Source: Pirellula staleyi DSM 6068 (GTDB taxonomy: Bacteria > Planctomycetota > Planctomycetia > Pirellulales > Pirellulaceae). Taken from it: a DNA stretch of 32,000 nt. The stretch spans positions 5,280,001-5,312,000 of the forward strand of contig CP001848.1 in assembly GCA_000025185.1 (NCBI GenBank). Direction: 5' to 3'. The notes under the pieces were generated by a model that saw only the letters and a program-made list of their open reading frames with translations, made no database searches and was not told the DNA's origin. Positions within the stretch are counted from its first letter, which is position 1. Each line of letters opens with the position of its first letter. The translations under genes and the position numbers were made by a program. Shown one piece after another: positions 8,494-20,000 of this stretch.

Positions 8494-9423
8494 ATGATCG
8501 ACTCACCCGAATTAGCAGCCTCGCCAGGAGTACCAGAAGTTCCGCTGTCGCATCTCGATCAGTTGTGGTTTCAGGTGAGTGGCCTGCTATGTAACTTGGC
8601 GTGTCATCACTGTTTTGTGAGCAGTAGCCCGACGAATCGCTCGTTGGAAATGCTTTCGTTCGACCAGATCAAAACGCGGCTTGAAGAATCGATTCCGCTC
8701 GGAGTGAAAGAATATTACTTCACCGGCGGTGAGCCGTTTTTGCATCCGCAAATGACGGAAATCCTCGAGCTTTCTTTGCAATATGGCCCCACGACGGTGC
8801 TGACCAATGGCACCGTTTTGAAAGACTCTTGGCTCGCGCGACTCGCCGCAGTTCAGGCCGCGAGCATCTATTCGCTCGAGTTTCGCTTGTCGATCGACGG
8901 CCCCTCGGCAGCAATCAATGATCCGGTACGAGGCAGCGGAACTTTTGCACGCGCCATGGCAGGTGTGAAGAAGCTGTGTGCTCATGGTTTTCTGCCACTC
9001 ATCACCGCAGTTCGGACGTGGAACGAGGAAGACGAATCGCAGATCCTCAGTGAGTTTGTCGAAGTTTTACGCGAACAGGGCTACGCCCGTCCCCGGCTTA
9101 AAATTCTTCCGTCGCTGAGACTAGGCGAAGAGGCCCGCCGCAGTGGCGCTTATGCCCACGATGAACGAGTGACGGCGGAGTTGCTGATCGATTTCGATCG
9201 CTCACAACTCCTTTGCGAACACGCGCGGCATGTGAGTGTGCGGGGCGTTCACGTTTGTCCGCTGCTGGTGGAACAGCCGACCTCGATCCTGGGCGACTCA
9301 CTCGCAGAATCACTTCAAAAGCCAGCGCGGCTCGATCACGGGGCCTGCTTTACCTGCTATCAATTCGGGGCCATTTGTAGCAACAGCGCCAGCCGCTCGA
9401 TGCGTGGTGAGGAACATGCATGA
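8494..9423 (+). CDS. Radical SAM enzyme with C-terminal SPASM/twitch-like cysteine cluster
   Basis: The CX3CX2C motif CNLACHHC is encoded at 8590-8613. The SAM-binding motif is FTGGEPFL. C-terminal cysteines are CEHARHVSVRGVHVC and CFTCYQFGAIC. The gene starts 17 nt after the flavoprotein stop, at the ATG at 8494 (a TTG at 8491 is also possible). Confidence 0.85.
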   Translation: MIDSPELAASPGVPEVPLSHLDQLWFQVSGLLCNLACHHCFVSSSPTNRSLEMLSFDQIKTRLEESIPLGVKEYYFTGGEPFLHPQMTEILELSLQYGPTTVLTNGTVLKDSWLARLAAVQAASIYSLEFRLSIDGPSAAINDPVRGSGTFARAMAGVKKLCAHGFLPLITAVRTWNEEDESQILSEFVEVLREQGYARPRLKILPSLRLGEEARRSGAYAHDERVTAELLIDFDRSQLLCEHARHVSVRGVHVCPLLVEQPTSILGDSLAESLQKPARLDHGACFTCYQFGAICSNSASRSMRGEEHA

Positions 9424-10235
9424 GTGACCATGGGGCTCGTTCACCGGAGCGCATCGCGCTGCTCGGCGGCGTGTATAGCAACTATCTGGCGCTCGAAGCT
9501 GTGATTGCCGACGCCAGAGAGCAGGGGGCCACGAAGATTTATTGCTTGGGTGATCTCGGCGCGTTTGGTCCGTTTCCCGACCGGGCAATCGAAATCCTGC
9601 GCAAGCACCAGATCGAAACCGTTCGGGGTAATTACGACGACTCAATCGGGCGTGGCCTGGCCGATTGTCAGTGCGGCTATACCGACGAGCGCGACAACCA
9701 TTTCGCTCGGCTCAGTTATGAATACACCTTCAAAAACACTTCAGCAACTTCACGCGAGTTCTTAAGGAGTTTGCCTCCGGAAATCCGCTTCGAGGTGCAT
9801 GGTGTACGGGTGCTGCTGTGTCATGGTAGTCCTCGGAAGATGAACGAATTTGTCTGGGAGTCGACCTCGAGCACCCATTTTCTCGAGTATCTGGCCCGTC
9901 AGCATGCAGCCGACGTGGTCTGCACCACCCATACTGGAATAGCTTGGCAGCGGACACTGAGTGAGGGGCGTTTGTGGCTGAATGTCGGCGCGATCGGACG
10001 CCCCCCGAACGACGGCCTGACGAGTATTTTGTATGCACTTCTCGACTTCTTCCCGAAAACGATGCCGACGGCGCGAGCCACCCTGCGGCGGGTCGCGTAT
10101 GACCATGAGCGACTCGCCGTGGAGATGCGTGCCGAGCAATTGCCAGAGGAGTTTATCGAGACCATTCTGACCGGCTGGTGGACCACCTGCCTCGAGATCT
10201 TGCCAGCCAAAGAGCGAAGTCGCGGCCGGCATTAG
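9420..10235 (+). CDS. Metallophosphoesterase-fold protein (Metallophos_2/YfcE-like) with non-canonical first metal motif
   Basis: Recognisable motifs are CLGDLGAFGP (GD), VRGNYDD (GNxD), LLCHGSP and CTTHTG (GHTH-like). Its ATG overlaps the radical-SAM stop as ATGA (9420-9423), which suggests translational coupling. Confidence 0.75.
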   Translation: MSDHGARSPERIALLGGVYSNYLALEAVIADAREQGATKIYCLGDLGAFGPFPDRAIEILRKHQIETVRGNYDDSIGRGLADCQCGYTDERDNHFARLSYEYTFKNTSATSREFLRSLPPEIRFEVHGVRVLLCHGSPRKMNEFVWESTSSTHFLEYLARQHAADVVCTTHTGIAWQRTLSEGRLWLNVGAIGRPPNDGLTSILYALLDFFPKTMPTARATLRRVAYDHERLAVEMRAEQLPEEFIETILTGWWTTCLEILPAKERSRGRH

Positions 10236-10510
10236 TGCGGGCTCCATGCGGGCTCTATTTCTCGGAGCGGCTGTTTCGTCCAATTCCGCTAAAAATACTC
10301 GCGACACGCACGTCAATCGTCCGCGCGACACGCACTAGTGCTACAAACGGCCCGGTGGGAGGGTGCAACCGGTCCCGAGTCGACAATTTCCACCAAACAA
10401 GGTGGTTGCCAAAGTTGGTAAAGAACTCCGGACTGGGTAAACTGTAGTGGGGCTTCTTATCTATCGGCCCGCTTAGGATTCTTTCACCACGCCTGTCGGG
10501 GACCTCCCTG

Positions 10511-13500
10511 GTGCGACGCGCTCGACGACAGTTCGGTACTGCCCTCCGTGCGCACGGAGTGGGTCGCGCGTACTTCTTGCTGCACCGCTTGCTAGTCGTG
10601 GCTGCCACGCTGCTGGTCGCGCTGCTCGTTGCATCAACGGCGGCTGATGCCCAAACGGGCGCTGTCGATCCACCTCAGCCGACCACTCCCGCGACAGGCA
10701 CCCCCGCCAACACAACGCCGGTCCCGGCACCGCCGGCGACGACAACTCCACCAACCCCCACGGTTCCTCCGGCGACGCCTGCGACCCCACCCGTTCCCAC
10801 AACCCCTGCGCCGATGCCAGCCGCTGGCGATGCAGGGGCTCAGCAGCGTTCGCTTCTCGATACCTATTTGCTGCGCGACAGCAAGGGGAATCTGGTGCCG
10901 GTGATCGGGATGTCGTTCGAAGATTTTGAAAAGCTGCTCCGCTTGCAGCGACAACTTGCCCCTCCTGAGCCACCCAAGTTCTCCATCGACGTCGTGAGCC
11001 TGAAGGGGACCGCCGATGCTTCACAAGCCAAGCTCAGCGCGAAGATCGAAATTCGTACGCAAGCTGCTGGTCGGCATCCTGTTCCGCTCCGCATGACGGA
11101 AGCGATTTTGCTCGACGAAGCAAAGTACGAAGGTCCCGGCGAACTCTTCCTGACGTTCGATGCCGCCGCTGGTGGCTATGTCGCCTGGGTCACTTCGAAA
11201 GGGGCCGAGTCCCACACCATTTCGCTTAACGTTGCTACACCAATCAGCACCGTGGCAGGGCAATCGCGATTGAAGCTCACGTTGCCTCGTGGCACGGAAT
11301 CGTCGCTACGCGTAGCGGTCGCTGAATCTCGCGTGTCGGCCGAACTCGACACGGGCAGCGAAGGGATCTTGAGTGTCGAGGCCGTGGAGGCTGGCGGCAG
11401 CGAAATGGCGGTACTCGGCGCTGCGGGTCAAGTGAGCATGCGGTGGAAACGCGTTTCCACCGGCGATTCGACCGCGCGTAGCATTCTCGAAAGCAGCGGC
11501 GAATTGATCGTGCGAGTCGAAGGCAAAAATCGAATCAGCACCGATGCTCGCCTTCGTGTGCGCAGTTTCGGGTCGGCAGTCGAGAGCTTTCGTGTTCGAT
11601 TGCCGCGTGGCATGGAACTCGTCCCCACCAGTCCCGTCGGTTATCGCGTGGAAGTGGTGAGTGATCCCGCGACCAGCATGATGGAGGCGGACAGTTCCAA
11701 GCGTCCCGCGCAAGTGGTGGAAGTGCGGCTCGATCGCCCTACCAACAGCGTGATCGAAGTCCGCTTGCTCGCGGCACTCGTGCCCGACAGTCAAAATGGT
11801 GGCATGGCTCTCGAGCCTGCTGAATTCGATGTACTCGGAGCTGTGCGGCAGCGTGGGACGGTCGATTTCGTGGTGGAAGGGGACTGGAATCTCAGCTGGA
11901 CCGAAGATAGCAGCGTGCGCCGCATCGATGCAGAAACCGATGTCGCTAGTCCCGCGCGAACCGCTGCCCGCTTCGAATACTTCCGGCAGCCTTGCAAACT
12001 GGGACTCACCGTGGCTTCGCGGCCAACGCGAGTGTTTGTGGAACCGAGTTATGTGGTCTACGTCGATGGCAAATTACTGCGACTCGAAGCGACGCTGAAG
12101 TATCGCTGGCGCGGCACGCAGCCTCAAACGCTCAGTATCGATCTAGGGAACTGGAGCATCGCCAAAGCGGAGCCCGATACGGTGCTCGATCCGACGCGGC
12201 TCTCGCGCGAGGCGCGTCCCCTCGCAATTCCTCTGCGCGACGATATCGCAGTTCCTGCAGACTTCGAAATCAAACTCGAAGCACAGCAAACCCTCGCTGA
12301 AAATAGCTCCGTTGTCGACTTTCTGCTCCCGCGTCCCGACGCCGACATCGTGACCCCCGCATCGGTCACACTGTTGCCCGCCGACAACGTGCAGCTCACC
12401 CCTTCGACCACCGATTTGCAAGGGCTGCTCGCCGATATCGCCGCCTCGTCGGCACGGCTCCCGACGCGCGGTCAACCGGCGCTCACCTATCGCGATTTGT
12501 CGACCGGCGATCCCACTCGCTTTGTGGGAACCATCAAGCTGCTGCCGAGGCGGACGACCCTCAGCTCGGTTGCGACCCTTTCGTTCGCTCGCGAGCGATT
12601 GCATGTCGAGCAGGTCCTCGAGTTCACCGTGGCGCATCAATCGCGTCAATCGTTCGAGCTCCTTTGGCCGCAGTCGGTGGTGCCACAAGATCTGCAGCTC
12701 AAGTTGGGCGAGAAACTTCTTAGCTTCACGCTGGCCGATACGGCAGACGACTTGCGTTCAGGACGTCGCCGACTAGTACTCGATACCGGCGCTCCGCAGC
12801 TTGGCAAGATCGACATTAACGCGACCTTTTCGATGCCGGTTCCAGCCGTGGCCGAGAACGCCTCGGTAAGTTTTCTCGCGCCGCTGCTGACAGCCGCCGA
12901 AGAACCGAATCTACAACTGCTCACCTCCACGGTCTCTGCTCGCACCTCGAGCGAAATTCGTACAACACCACTCACCATCGACGAAGACCTGCTGTCGGTC
13001 GACGCCGCCCGAGGTGATGGTGTGGCCTGGAGCGTCAATCTTCCGAGCGGCAGTTCGCCACTCGAGATCCAGCTCGCCCCACTAGAAGCAGTTCAGCAGC
13101 AACTCACCACCACCGACAAAATGTGGCTGCAGACCTGGCTCTCCCCTTCGGGCCGCGAAGATCGCGCGGTCTGGCAACTCACTACGAGTGCCTCGAGTGT
13201 GACGTTTCGACTCCCCACGATTACAGCTTCCAACATCCTGGTGCTTGTCGATGGAAAGCAAACCACCTTTGCACTGCAACCTTCGGGTGTGCTGAAGATC
13301 GACGTTCCTTCCTCGTCACGCACGCAGGAACGGGTCATCGAACTTTGGTACACGCTCGGCACGGGACTATCGAGCTCCGGTTACTCGCAGCGCACTCTCG
13401 ATCCACCCACGATGGTCGAAGCGCCGAGTACAAGACGATTTTTCTGGCAACTTTGCCTCCCCGAAAGTCAATTGCTGCTCGTCGATCCACCTGGCTATGG

Positions 13501-14056
13501 AAGCCAAACAAGCTGGCAACAGCAAGGTCCCTGGTGGAGCCGCCGCTCGAGTTTGTCGCAGCGCGATTTGGAAGATTGGATTGCGGCAACGCACCAAGAT
13601 CAACTTCCACCGGCGCTGCAGCAGTCGCTGTATGCCGATTTTGGTAAACCACGCCCCCTCGTGGTCACAGTGATTAGCCGTCGTCTATTGATTTTGATTG
13701 TCTCGGGACTCGTTGTCCTCGTCGGACTAGCGATACTTCAGCTGACATGGGCACGGCATCCCAGCCTGCTACTAGTCGCCGGAATAACGATTTTTGCGGC
13801 GAGCGCGATGTTCCCTTACGGCGCATTCCTGGCTGCTCAAGCTGCCATGATTGGCATGGCGGCGATGGTGGCCACCTCTCTCTTTGCCTACTTAACATCG
13901 GGACGAGTTTTCTGGATCACGCCCGCCGCTGTGCCGCGAAAAAGCGTATCGGAAGTTCGTACGCGAGGAGCCCGCCCACCGGTTGCAGCTAGTGGATCAC
14001 ACACCACCACAGCCACTGCTGCTGCAGGATTGGGAGCGTCGGAGATTCAGCCATGA
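10511..14056 (+). CDS. Giant membrane-anchored hypothetical protein A (1181 aa)
   Basis: The domain order is: N-terminal signal/anchor, Pro/Thr linker, about 940 aa soluble region, then three C-terminal TM helices. It is an uninterrupted 3.5 kb ORF with host-like G/C-ending codons. The N-terminus FLLHRLLVVAATLLVALLVASTAADAQ looks like a signal or anchor helix. The three C-terminal hydrophobic helices are encoded at about 13658-13903. The GTG start at 10511 is uncertain, and an in-frame GTG 15 codons downstream is also possible. Confidence 0.8.
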   Translation: MRRARRQFGTALRAHGVGRAYFLLHRLLVVAATLLVALLVASTAADAQTGAVDPPQPTTPATGTPANTTPVPAPPATTTPPTPTVPPATPATPPVPTTPAPMPAAGDAGAQQRSLLDTYLLRDSKGNLVPVIGMSFEDFEKLLRLQRQLAPPEPPKFSIDVVSLKGTADASQAKLSAKIEIRTQAAGRHPVPLRMTEAILLDEAKYEGPGELFLTFDAAAGGYVAWVTSKGAESHTISLNVATPISTVAGQSRLKLTLPRGTESSLRVAVAESRVSAELDTGSEGILSVEAVEAGGSEMAVLGAAGQVSMRWKRVSTGDSTARSILESSGELIVRVEGKNRISTDARLRVRSFGSAVESFRVRLPRGMELVPTSPVGYRVEVVSDPATSMMEADSSKRPAQVVEVRLDRPTNSVIEVRLLAALVPDSQNGGMALEPAEFDVLGAVRQRGTVDFVVEGDWNLSWTEDSSVRRIDAETDVASPARTAARFEYFRQPCKLGLTVASRPTRVFVEPSYVVYVDGKLLRLEATLKYRWRGTQPQTLSIDLGNWSIAKAEPDTVLDPTRLSREARPLAIPLRDDIAVPADFEIKLEAQQTLAENSSVVDFLLPRPDADIVTPASVTLLPADNVQLTPSTTDLQGLLADIAASSARLPTRGQPALTYRDLSTGDPTRFVGTIKLLPRRTTLSSVATLSFARERLHVEQVLEFTVAHQSRQSFELLWPQSVVPQDLQLKLGEKLLSFTLADTADDLRSGRRRLVLDTGAPQLGKIDINATFSMPVPAVAENASVSFLAPLLTAAEEPNLQLLTSTVSARTSSEIRTTPLTIDEDLLSVDAARGDGVAWSVNLPSGSSPLEIQLAPLEAVQQQLTTTDKMWLQTWLSPSGREDRAVWQLTTSASSVTFRLPTITASNILVLVDGKQTTFALQPSGVLKIDVPSSSRTQERVIELWYTLGTGLSSSGYSQRTLDPPTMVEAPSTRRFFWQLCLPESQLLLVDPPGYGSQTSWQQQGPWWSRRSSLSQRDLEDWIAATHQDQLPPALQQSLYADFGKPRPLVVTVISRRLLILIVSGLVVLVGLAILQLTWARHPSLLLVAGITIFAASAMFPYGAFLAAQAAMIGMAAMVATSLFAYLTSGRVFWITPAAVPRKSVSEVRTRGARPPVAASGSHTTTATAAAGLGASEIQP
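10667..10822 (+). repeat. Pro/Thr-rich low-complexity linker coding region within protein A
   Basis: It translates to DPPQPTTPATGTPANTTPVPAPPATTTPPTPTVPPATPATPPVPTTPAPMPA. At the DNA level it is an ACN/CCN-rich, imperfectly repetitive tract. Confidence 0.8.
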
Positions 14057-17000
14057 TCGGCGAATCGTCCTTGCGCCGCTGGCTCGCCCCGCTCGCGCTG
14101 CAACTGCTGGTTACGATGCTCGGCACATTCCTTTGTTTCGGAGCTGATCCCGAACCGACCGAGTCGGTCCTCTACCGCCGCGTGTTTGTTCCCGAAGCTG
14201 ATTTGTCGACCGAAATTCGCGGACTTCTGCCGATTAAGCGAGAAGAATTCGATCGGCTGATTGCCATCGCCGCGCAGCCCAGCAGCGACGCTGGCGCTGC
14301 AACCACCGCGCGGCTGACGCAAGTCGACTACACCGCGCGGCTCGAAGGAGATCAACTGGTTGAAGGGGAACTGCTGGCCGAGGTAACACTCAGCAGCACA
14401 GAACCGACAATCCTCTCGCTTGGTGAAACATCGCTCGCGCTCGGGGCAGGGGAGTGGCTCGGTGGTGCGTCGAAGCCCGCCATCGTCGGAACCGATCGCT
14501 CGGGCAAGGCGATGCTGCTCGTTCAGCAGAGTGGAACATGGCAACAGAAATTCACCGCGCGAGGGCAGCGTGAAGCGACGGTGCTCACGATTCCGCTGAC
14601 ACTTCCCCCCTCGAGCCGCAGTCGCTTACATCTTGATCTGCCAACCGATGTCGAACTGTCGTGCGATGTCGGCATTGTTTCGCGCGATGTAACCTCCGCA
14701 GACAAACAAGTCGGCGGCCCCCAAGAGGAAGCAAGCAAAACGTCAGCCAATCCCTCGACACGACGCTGGATCGTTCAGCTCGGTGGTCATCAGCAAGCCA
14801 GTCTGGTGATCACGCCGCTGGCCTCGGTGGGGCAACTCAGTTCTCTCGTGCTGCTGCGCGAATCGGCCAGCTATTTTCTCTCGCCCGGTGCAATCGACAC
14901 CGAATTTCAGTTGGAATTCGACGTTCACTCGCGCCCCCTCACCGAGCTTTCGATCAAGCTTCCACCGACGGTCGAACCGGTAGCAATCCGCTGGGGCGAA
15001 CAACAGCTGACCTGGACCACGTTCACCGCCGACGACGAAACCAAGACGCTGCGAGTACCGCTCCCAACGCCACTGTCGGGCATGGGACGTGTGATTCAAG
15101 TCAGCACCGTCTCTCCCACACCACTCGCTAGTAAATTCGACTTGCCGCGCATTGCAGTCGAGCATGCAACCTGGCAAGAGGGACGTGCCACCGTCACCGC
15201 CTCGCGTGCGCTGCGACTCCGTGCTACCCCGCGCCAAGGCTGTTGGCAATCAGCGGTCGCCAGCAGCAGTTCGCCACGCTGGGGCGAGTCCCTGCAGTTT
15301 CAGTATCACAAAAGTGATGCTGCTGTAGAGGTCGAGCTCGAATCTCCGCAGCTCCGCCTGGGGATCACCTCGGGAACGATCGTTTCGATCGATGGAACGC
15401 AAATGTCAGGAGTCTTTACTGCCGACCTCACAGCACTCGCCGGAGACCGCTTCGAGCTGACGGCGATCCTCGCGCGACGCTGGATCGTCGATGCGGTGGA
15501 ATCGACACCTGCCAATCTTTTCGAAGATCGCGTCCTTACTCCCACAGGTCCAAATTTGCAGCAGCTACGGATGCGACTCGTCCGCCCCTTACGCGAAGGG
15601 AATACGGTTCGCATCGTCATCCGCGCACATCAGCGACGCTTGGCCCCCGATCAGCAAGTTCCGATCGACTGGCTTCGCATGGTGGAATTCCCCACGATTG
15701 TCGAATCGCGCGAGTGGCTGGCGATTAAATCGAGCGATCCGTCGCTGGTGCCGCAGTGGATTGGGGATGCCAGTATCACGCGTCTCGACCTGCAACGTGC
15801 TACCCCCGCAGAACTGAGTCTGTTTGAATCATCCCCCGGTCCCAACGGAGTGCTGCTCGATCGCTTGAGCAACAACTTGAAGCTCGATGTTCGACGCGCC
15901 GATCCTCGCTTCTCGGCCGAAAGTAACATCACCACCAAACTCGACCGCCGAGGGATCGAGCATGTGCTGGCGGTGAAAGTCATGCCAGAGACCACGGCAA
16001 TTTCGAAGCTTTTGATTCGACTGGCACCGGCTCCCGAAGAAGAACCAACGTGGAGACTTGTGGGAGCAGCAGCCCGCAGTTCGACGATCACACAAACGCT
16101 GCTGAGCCCTCCACCGGGCGATTCGCCGCAGCGCGAGCAGCTTTGGCAACTCGAGTTTTCTACTCCACAAGGTGGCACGTTTGAACTTGAAGCCACCACG
16201 CGTCAAAGCCCCTCGCGCTTGGTTTCGGTCCCACTCCTTTCGCTTCCTCAAGCAACCCAGCAGCAGGGGACGGTCTCGGTCGCAGCGCTCGATGCCACCG
16301 AATTTCAGCTGATCGCCGATCGACTCACGCCCCTCCCTCAGTCGTACGCCGCTAACGTCGTCGAGGCGAGCCGTCATTTCTACCAGTACGATCCGGGACG
16401 TAATGCCACGCTCGTTCTGCAAATCGCGAGTGCGAAAAAAGAGGGCTCTGCCGCGAAGTCGACGGAGAACCTAGAAAAGCTGCCGGAGACAGCAGAAGCA
16501 CCTCGCGCAATTGCGTGGTCGATGGTGGTGCACTCGCGCTATCCGTGGAGTGGCGATGCACTGCACGAAGCGTCGCTTCACCTCGAAAACTGGGGGCTCG
16601 ATCGGCTGCCGATTCGTCTCCCACCGCAAGCGCTGCTGCAAGAGATTGAAATCGATGGCCGCCGCGCTCCGCTGCCAATCGTTCGCCCGACCGATAGTGA
16701 ATTGACCATTGCACTGCCGCGCGACAATCGTCTCTCGAAAGTGGTGGTGCGCTATCAAGCCCCGGCCGAGCCGACCAACTGGCTCTACGAGCGTAAGCTC
16801 GAACTCGTTTCACCTATGCTCGCCATTCCGGTTGCCCACCGGGAATGGCTCGTCACTCCACCTGGCGGAATGCTGCCGATCAACGAGTCGGCCCTGCGCG
16901 TCTTGCCGCTCGATAGCTCGTCGCAAACAGTCGCGCAGCGAGCCCCTGGCGATCGCATTGAACTCGAAACGGGAAAACTAGCGCCCGCCACATTTTGGGG

Positions 17001-20000
17001 CTGGCCTCGGCTGCCACGCTGGCTCAGCAGTGGTTCGCCACCTCGTGCGAAGTCGGCTTCCTTCCGCGCTGCAGGCCCCGTAGCGCCAGGAGCAATCGAT
17101 CCACCACAAACTGCTGGCGATCCCGAACCTGTCTACCGCGTCAATCTGGCATCGGCCGGCGAAACGACACTCATCGTCTACGATCCCACACGAGCCACAA
17201 CGCTCGGACTCGCAGCTGCCTTGTGCTCCATGGGCTTGGTCGTGTGGCTGCTCCGCGAGCGGCTGCTCACCGCGCTCACGAGTGCCCTCGCACTTCTCCT
17301 CCTCTCGATCATCGTCCCGAACAGTCTCCTTCCTCTCGTAGCTGGTGTTTCTGCCGGGATTCTTGCTGGAATTCTCGTCGCGGGACTCTTCCCAACGCGC
17401 GTCGTCGTCGCACGTTTGCACGATGATCGGACCGGCAGCACCACCCGTCTACTTCCCTACGCTGGTGCACTCCTGCTGCTCGCCGCGCTAGCAGGACAAC
17501 TACGATCGCAAGAGTCCGCGCCGATGCCACTCGCGCAGCAACAGCCCATCGCAAAAGTGGTGATCGCTGTCGATGCCGAGAACAAGCCAGTAGGGGATTA
17601 CGTGTTTGTTCCCCCAAACTTCTACGAGACCCTGCTTCGCCGCGAGGCATCAGTCACAACGTCGCAAACCCCGTGGCTGATCCGCGACGCACAGTACGAC
17701 CTGCAACTTTCTCCCTCGGTGACCGACGAAGTGGTTCGTGCGGAAATGCTCGCCGTCACTTACACCATCACCACCCAAAAACAGGCGGAGAAAGTTGCGA
17801 TTCCGCTAAAGCGCGCCGAGCTTCGACTCGTAGAAGGCCGCGCTCAACTCGATGGATTTCCAGCGAGTGCTGTTTGGTCGGAAGATGGCAACTCCCTGCT
17901 GCTCGACATCCCCGCCGCTGGCGACCACAAACTTAAACTCGCTTTTGCTCTGGAAACACGCGTTGAACCACAGCAATCGCGGGTGACAGTTTCTATCCCG
18001 AAAGTGGCTCACGCAGCGCTGCGGATCAGTTCGCCTGTTGCGCTCCAGCGTCTCGAAATCCCTTCGGCCCTCGGTGCCAGCGAAACCTCGCTCGACGAGC
18101 CCCTCACTTACGCCGCGCTGGGTGCCACCTCCCTGCTCGATGTCAGCTGGACCTCGCTTGCCACCGACGAACTGCAGTCGGTTGTCGAAGCCGATCAACT
18201 CCTTTGGTGTCGTATTCGCCCCAGTTCCGTTATCGTCCAAGGGAAATTCATCGTCCGTCCGCTCCGAGGCTCCATTCGCGAAGTGGCGATCACCGCGCCA
18301 TCGAACTATGTACTTTTGCCCGGCAGCAACAACCCGCTGATCGCCCGCTCTTGGAAAACCGAGGGGGAGCCCGCGACGTTTCATTTTGAACTACGCGAGC
18401 GAACTGCGTCGGAAGTGAAGATCGATGCTTCGTTCTTGCTCGCTGGAGGAACTGGTGTTGGGAACGTCGCCATTCCGAAAGTGAACGTTCTTGCCGATCG
18501 TATCGCGCGCAGCTGGGTCACACTTGCGACCGGCAGTGAACTCGAAATCGCTCCGCTCACCGACGAGAAAGGAAAGCTCGATCCTCTCGTGTTTGTCGAA
18601 GCGTGGGGACCAACCACGCTCAGCGAAACGCCCGCCGTGGCACTCGATCTCAGCACCAATACCGCTAGTTCCGTGGTGGTCGCGCCCGCCATCGAACAAA
18701 GCCGCTGCGAGCAATGGATTGATTTCTCGGTCGCGCGTGCTACTTGCAAGATTCAGTTTCAAGCGTCGCTGCAGGGGCTCTCGTCGCATCATTTCGAGCA
18801 CCGCATTCGCCTCCCCGCATCGGTCGTAGTAAAGCGACTCGTCGTACGCGAAGACAACAAGCTCGCCCCTTGTCGCTGGGCGCAGTCGAAGGATGGCACG
18901 GTCGATGTGCTGTTGCTACAGCCTCCCGCCACACTGCAGAACATCGAACTCGAAGCCTCGATCCCCGCGCCTCAGCAGGGCAAGCTGGAACTGGCGGAAT
19001 TCCTCGTCGAAGGAGCCGAATGTGCCGGCAGCCGAGTCCGTCTCTATCGACTTCCCGACGTGCAGCTGTCACTGGGAAAACTGGTCGGCTACGTCGCAGA
19101 ACCCAATCCTGCAGTAGGGGAAGATTGGCCACTCCTCGGACGTTTAGTAGCTGAGGTTCGCCGTATTCCGCTCGAGCAAATGAATCAGCGCCGTGAACTC
19201 GAACTTGTCATCGCCCCTAATGAACCAGCGGCGCACGGAAAACTCATCACCACCATCGAGCCGAGCGACGACGGTTGGCAAGCCAAACTTTCCGCCGATT
19301 TCACATCCACTTCGGGCTCGATCGACATCTTCCGTGTTCTCCTTCCAAGTCAATTGGAAGCGCCGTCGGAAATCACACCTGCTGTCGATCACCAACTCGT
19401 CACCACGATGGGCGAATCGCAACGACAACTTGTCGTTAAGCCACCCAAACCTGTCGACAGCCAATTTGCATTTTCACTAACGGCAAAACTGGCCCCGGCG
19501 ATGGGTGGCATTTTACGAGTCCCGATGCCAATGCTTCTCGATCTCACCGAAGTCGACTCGCTGGTCGTGCTGCCGCAGCGTGTCGGATCGCAAACGTTGA
19601 ACTGGCAAACTTCGGGGCTTCAGTCACTGCCACGCGATGCTGCTGTGACACTCGTTCCCGACTTGGCAGCGAGTAGCGAAGTGTTTCGCGTGGTGAGTTC
19701 GTCACCGTCAGCGGAACTGGCAATCACTGCTCCGTCTAGCAGCAATCCGACGCTCTTTCTGGCCGACTATCAGCTGATCATCGACTCCACCGGATCGGTG
19801 AGTGGAAACTCCGTTTTCCTACTCGATTCCGCTGGAAAATCGACGATTCCACTCGAACTTCCTCCGCGCAGCACGCTGCTGTCGGTCACGATCGACGGCT
19901 GCCTTGTCATCCCACAAGTCATTTCGTCGGGCCAAGTTCTCGTACCACTTCCGATCACCGGCGTACCGCAAGTGATCGAGGTCAACTGGCTCTACAAAAC

